Assembly (NCBI GenBank): GCA_937921695.1
Contig: CAKZTZ010000007.1
Span: forward strand, 49,719-113,718
Direction: 5' to 3'
Source: an uncultured Sulfolobales archaeon
GTDB taxonomy: Archaea > Thermoproteota > Thermoprotei_A > Sulfolobales > Acidilobaceae
DNA length: 64,000 nucleotides
The position numbers were made by a program, and so were the translations under genes. A model generated the notes under the pieces. That model was not told the DNA's origin, made no database searches, and saw nothing but the letters and a program-made list of their open reading frames with translations. Numbering within the stretch: position 1 is the first letter of the stretch; each line of letters begins with the position of its first letter. Positions 63,718 to 64,000 of this stretch are shown here, piece after piece.

Positions 63718-64000
63718 TTGAGCGTTAAAGGAAGGTTTCTAGGTAGGATGTTAGATAACAGGTTGGGGTTGAAAGCTAGTATAAGCCCGTGGGCTGTGAA
63801 CGCCCCTAACAACCCTGAGAGGCTTGCGTTCATTCTACATAGGATAACGGGGATTCTGTTAGCAGGCTTCATAACAATACATATTATATCTACTAACACC
63901 CCGGCGAGGGCCGGCTGGGAGGCTTGGGTTGAAGAGGTTGAAAGGCTCAGCGGTATCAACATTATTTCGCTCTTGTTCTTCATAGCTATGGGGGCTTTAG
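63718..64000 (+). CDS. sdhC: Probable succinate dehydrogenase membrane-anchor (cytochrome b, SdhC-like) subunit, N-terminal part; runs off the right edge
   Basis: My translation from the TTG at 63718 reads LSVKGRFLGRMLDNRLGLKASISPWAVNAPNNPERLAFILHRITGILLAGFITIHIIS..., with the HRxxG helix typical of SdhC. It is open to the window end. Confidence 0.45.
   Translation, partial: MSVKGRFLGRMLDNRLGLKASISPWAVNAPNNPERLAFILHRITGILLAGFITIHIISTNTPARAGWEAWVEEVERLSGINIISLLFFIAMGAL

Noticed and set aside
1-64000. CRISPR arrays, rRNA genes, C/D-box sRNAs, IS elements and inteins
   Set aside because: No regularly spaced short repeats were seen. No intergenic RUGAUGA...CUGA pairs were found; every tgatga-like hit lies inside a CDS. 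No transposase-like ORFs or terminal inverted repeats were seen. MCM, RFC and the helicase have normal lengths without intein blocks.

Overview
This is a 64-kb chromosomal segment of a hyperthermophile-type crenarchaeon. The lineage call is inferred from gene content: a Gins23-MCM operon, Orc1/Cdc6, RFC small and large subunits, Hel308, ribosomal protein eL38, archease, archaemetzincin, tungsten AOR, indolepyruvate:ferredoxin oxidoreductase, and strong AGG/AGA Arg and ATA Ile codon bias. About 55 protein genes can be supported.

In order, the window contains:
- a tldD/pmbA pair
- a 1237-aa S-layer-like glycoprotein with nearby membrane genes
- a B12 methylmalonyl-CoA mutase neighbourhood (mutase large and small subunits, MeaB, a BtuF-like protein)
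- Sua5 and an acyl-CoA dehydrogenase
- YeeE, a PurM-like protein and TusA, with hutG-hutI between them
- a co-directional replication cluster (rfcS-rfcL-gins23-mcm-hel308)
- a Mo/W-cofactor plus AOR island (moaC, two moeA, an fdhD-like gene, a moaD-like gene, aor, a radical-SAM maturase)
- Orc1/Cdc6 with a small wHTH gene
- nth, archease, archaemetzincin, iorAB and a crotonase
- housekeeping genes at the right end (beta-CASP RNase, eL38, GNAT, amidohydrolase, ThiL-like, sdhA and an sdhC-like gene)

The accessory part is about 46.2-57.1 kb, and it is a mosaic:
- a decayed LivF-like ABC ATPase remnant
- two diverged direct copies of a maoC-like gene, each followed by a citE start
- between the copies, a segment with foreign codon usage carrying a PrpD/MmgE-family gene and an operon of an SCS-beta-like protein fused to a ferredoxin-like Cys domain, an SCS-alpha-like protein and a CitE-type lyase
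- a tRNA-Phe-derived pseudo-tRNA whose 57-nt core is identical to the intact tRNA-Phe(GAA) 3.3 kb away
- a multiply disrupted citE pseudogene
- an orphan 390-aa wHTH protein

I consider the thiokinase(Fe-S)/lyase/hydratase/PrpD gene set the best candidate for an undescribed system. No rRNA, CRISPR array or recognisable transposase or integrase was seen. All family calls come from motifs read by eye in the supplied translations. Identity percentages are visual estimates, not computed.
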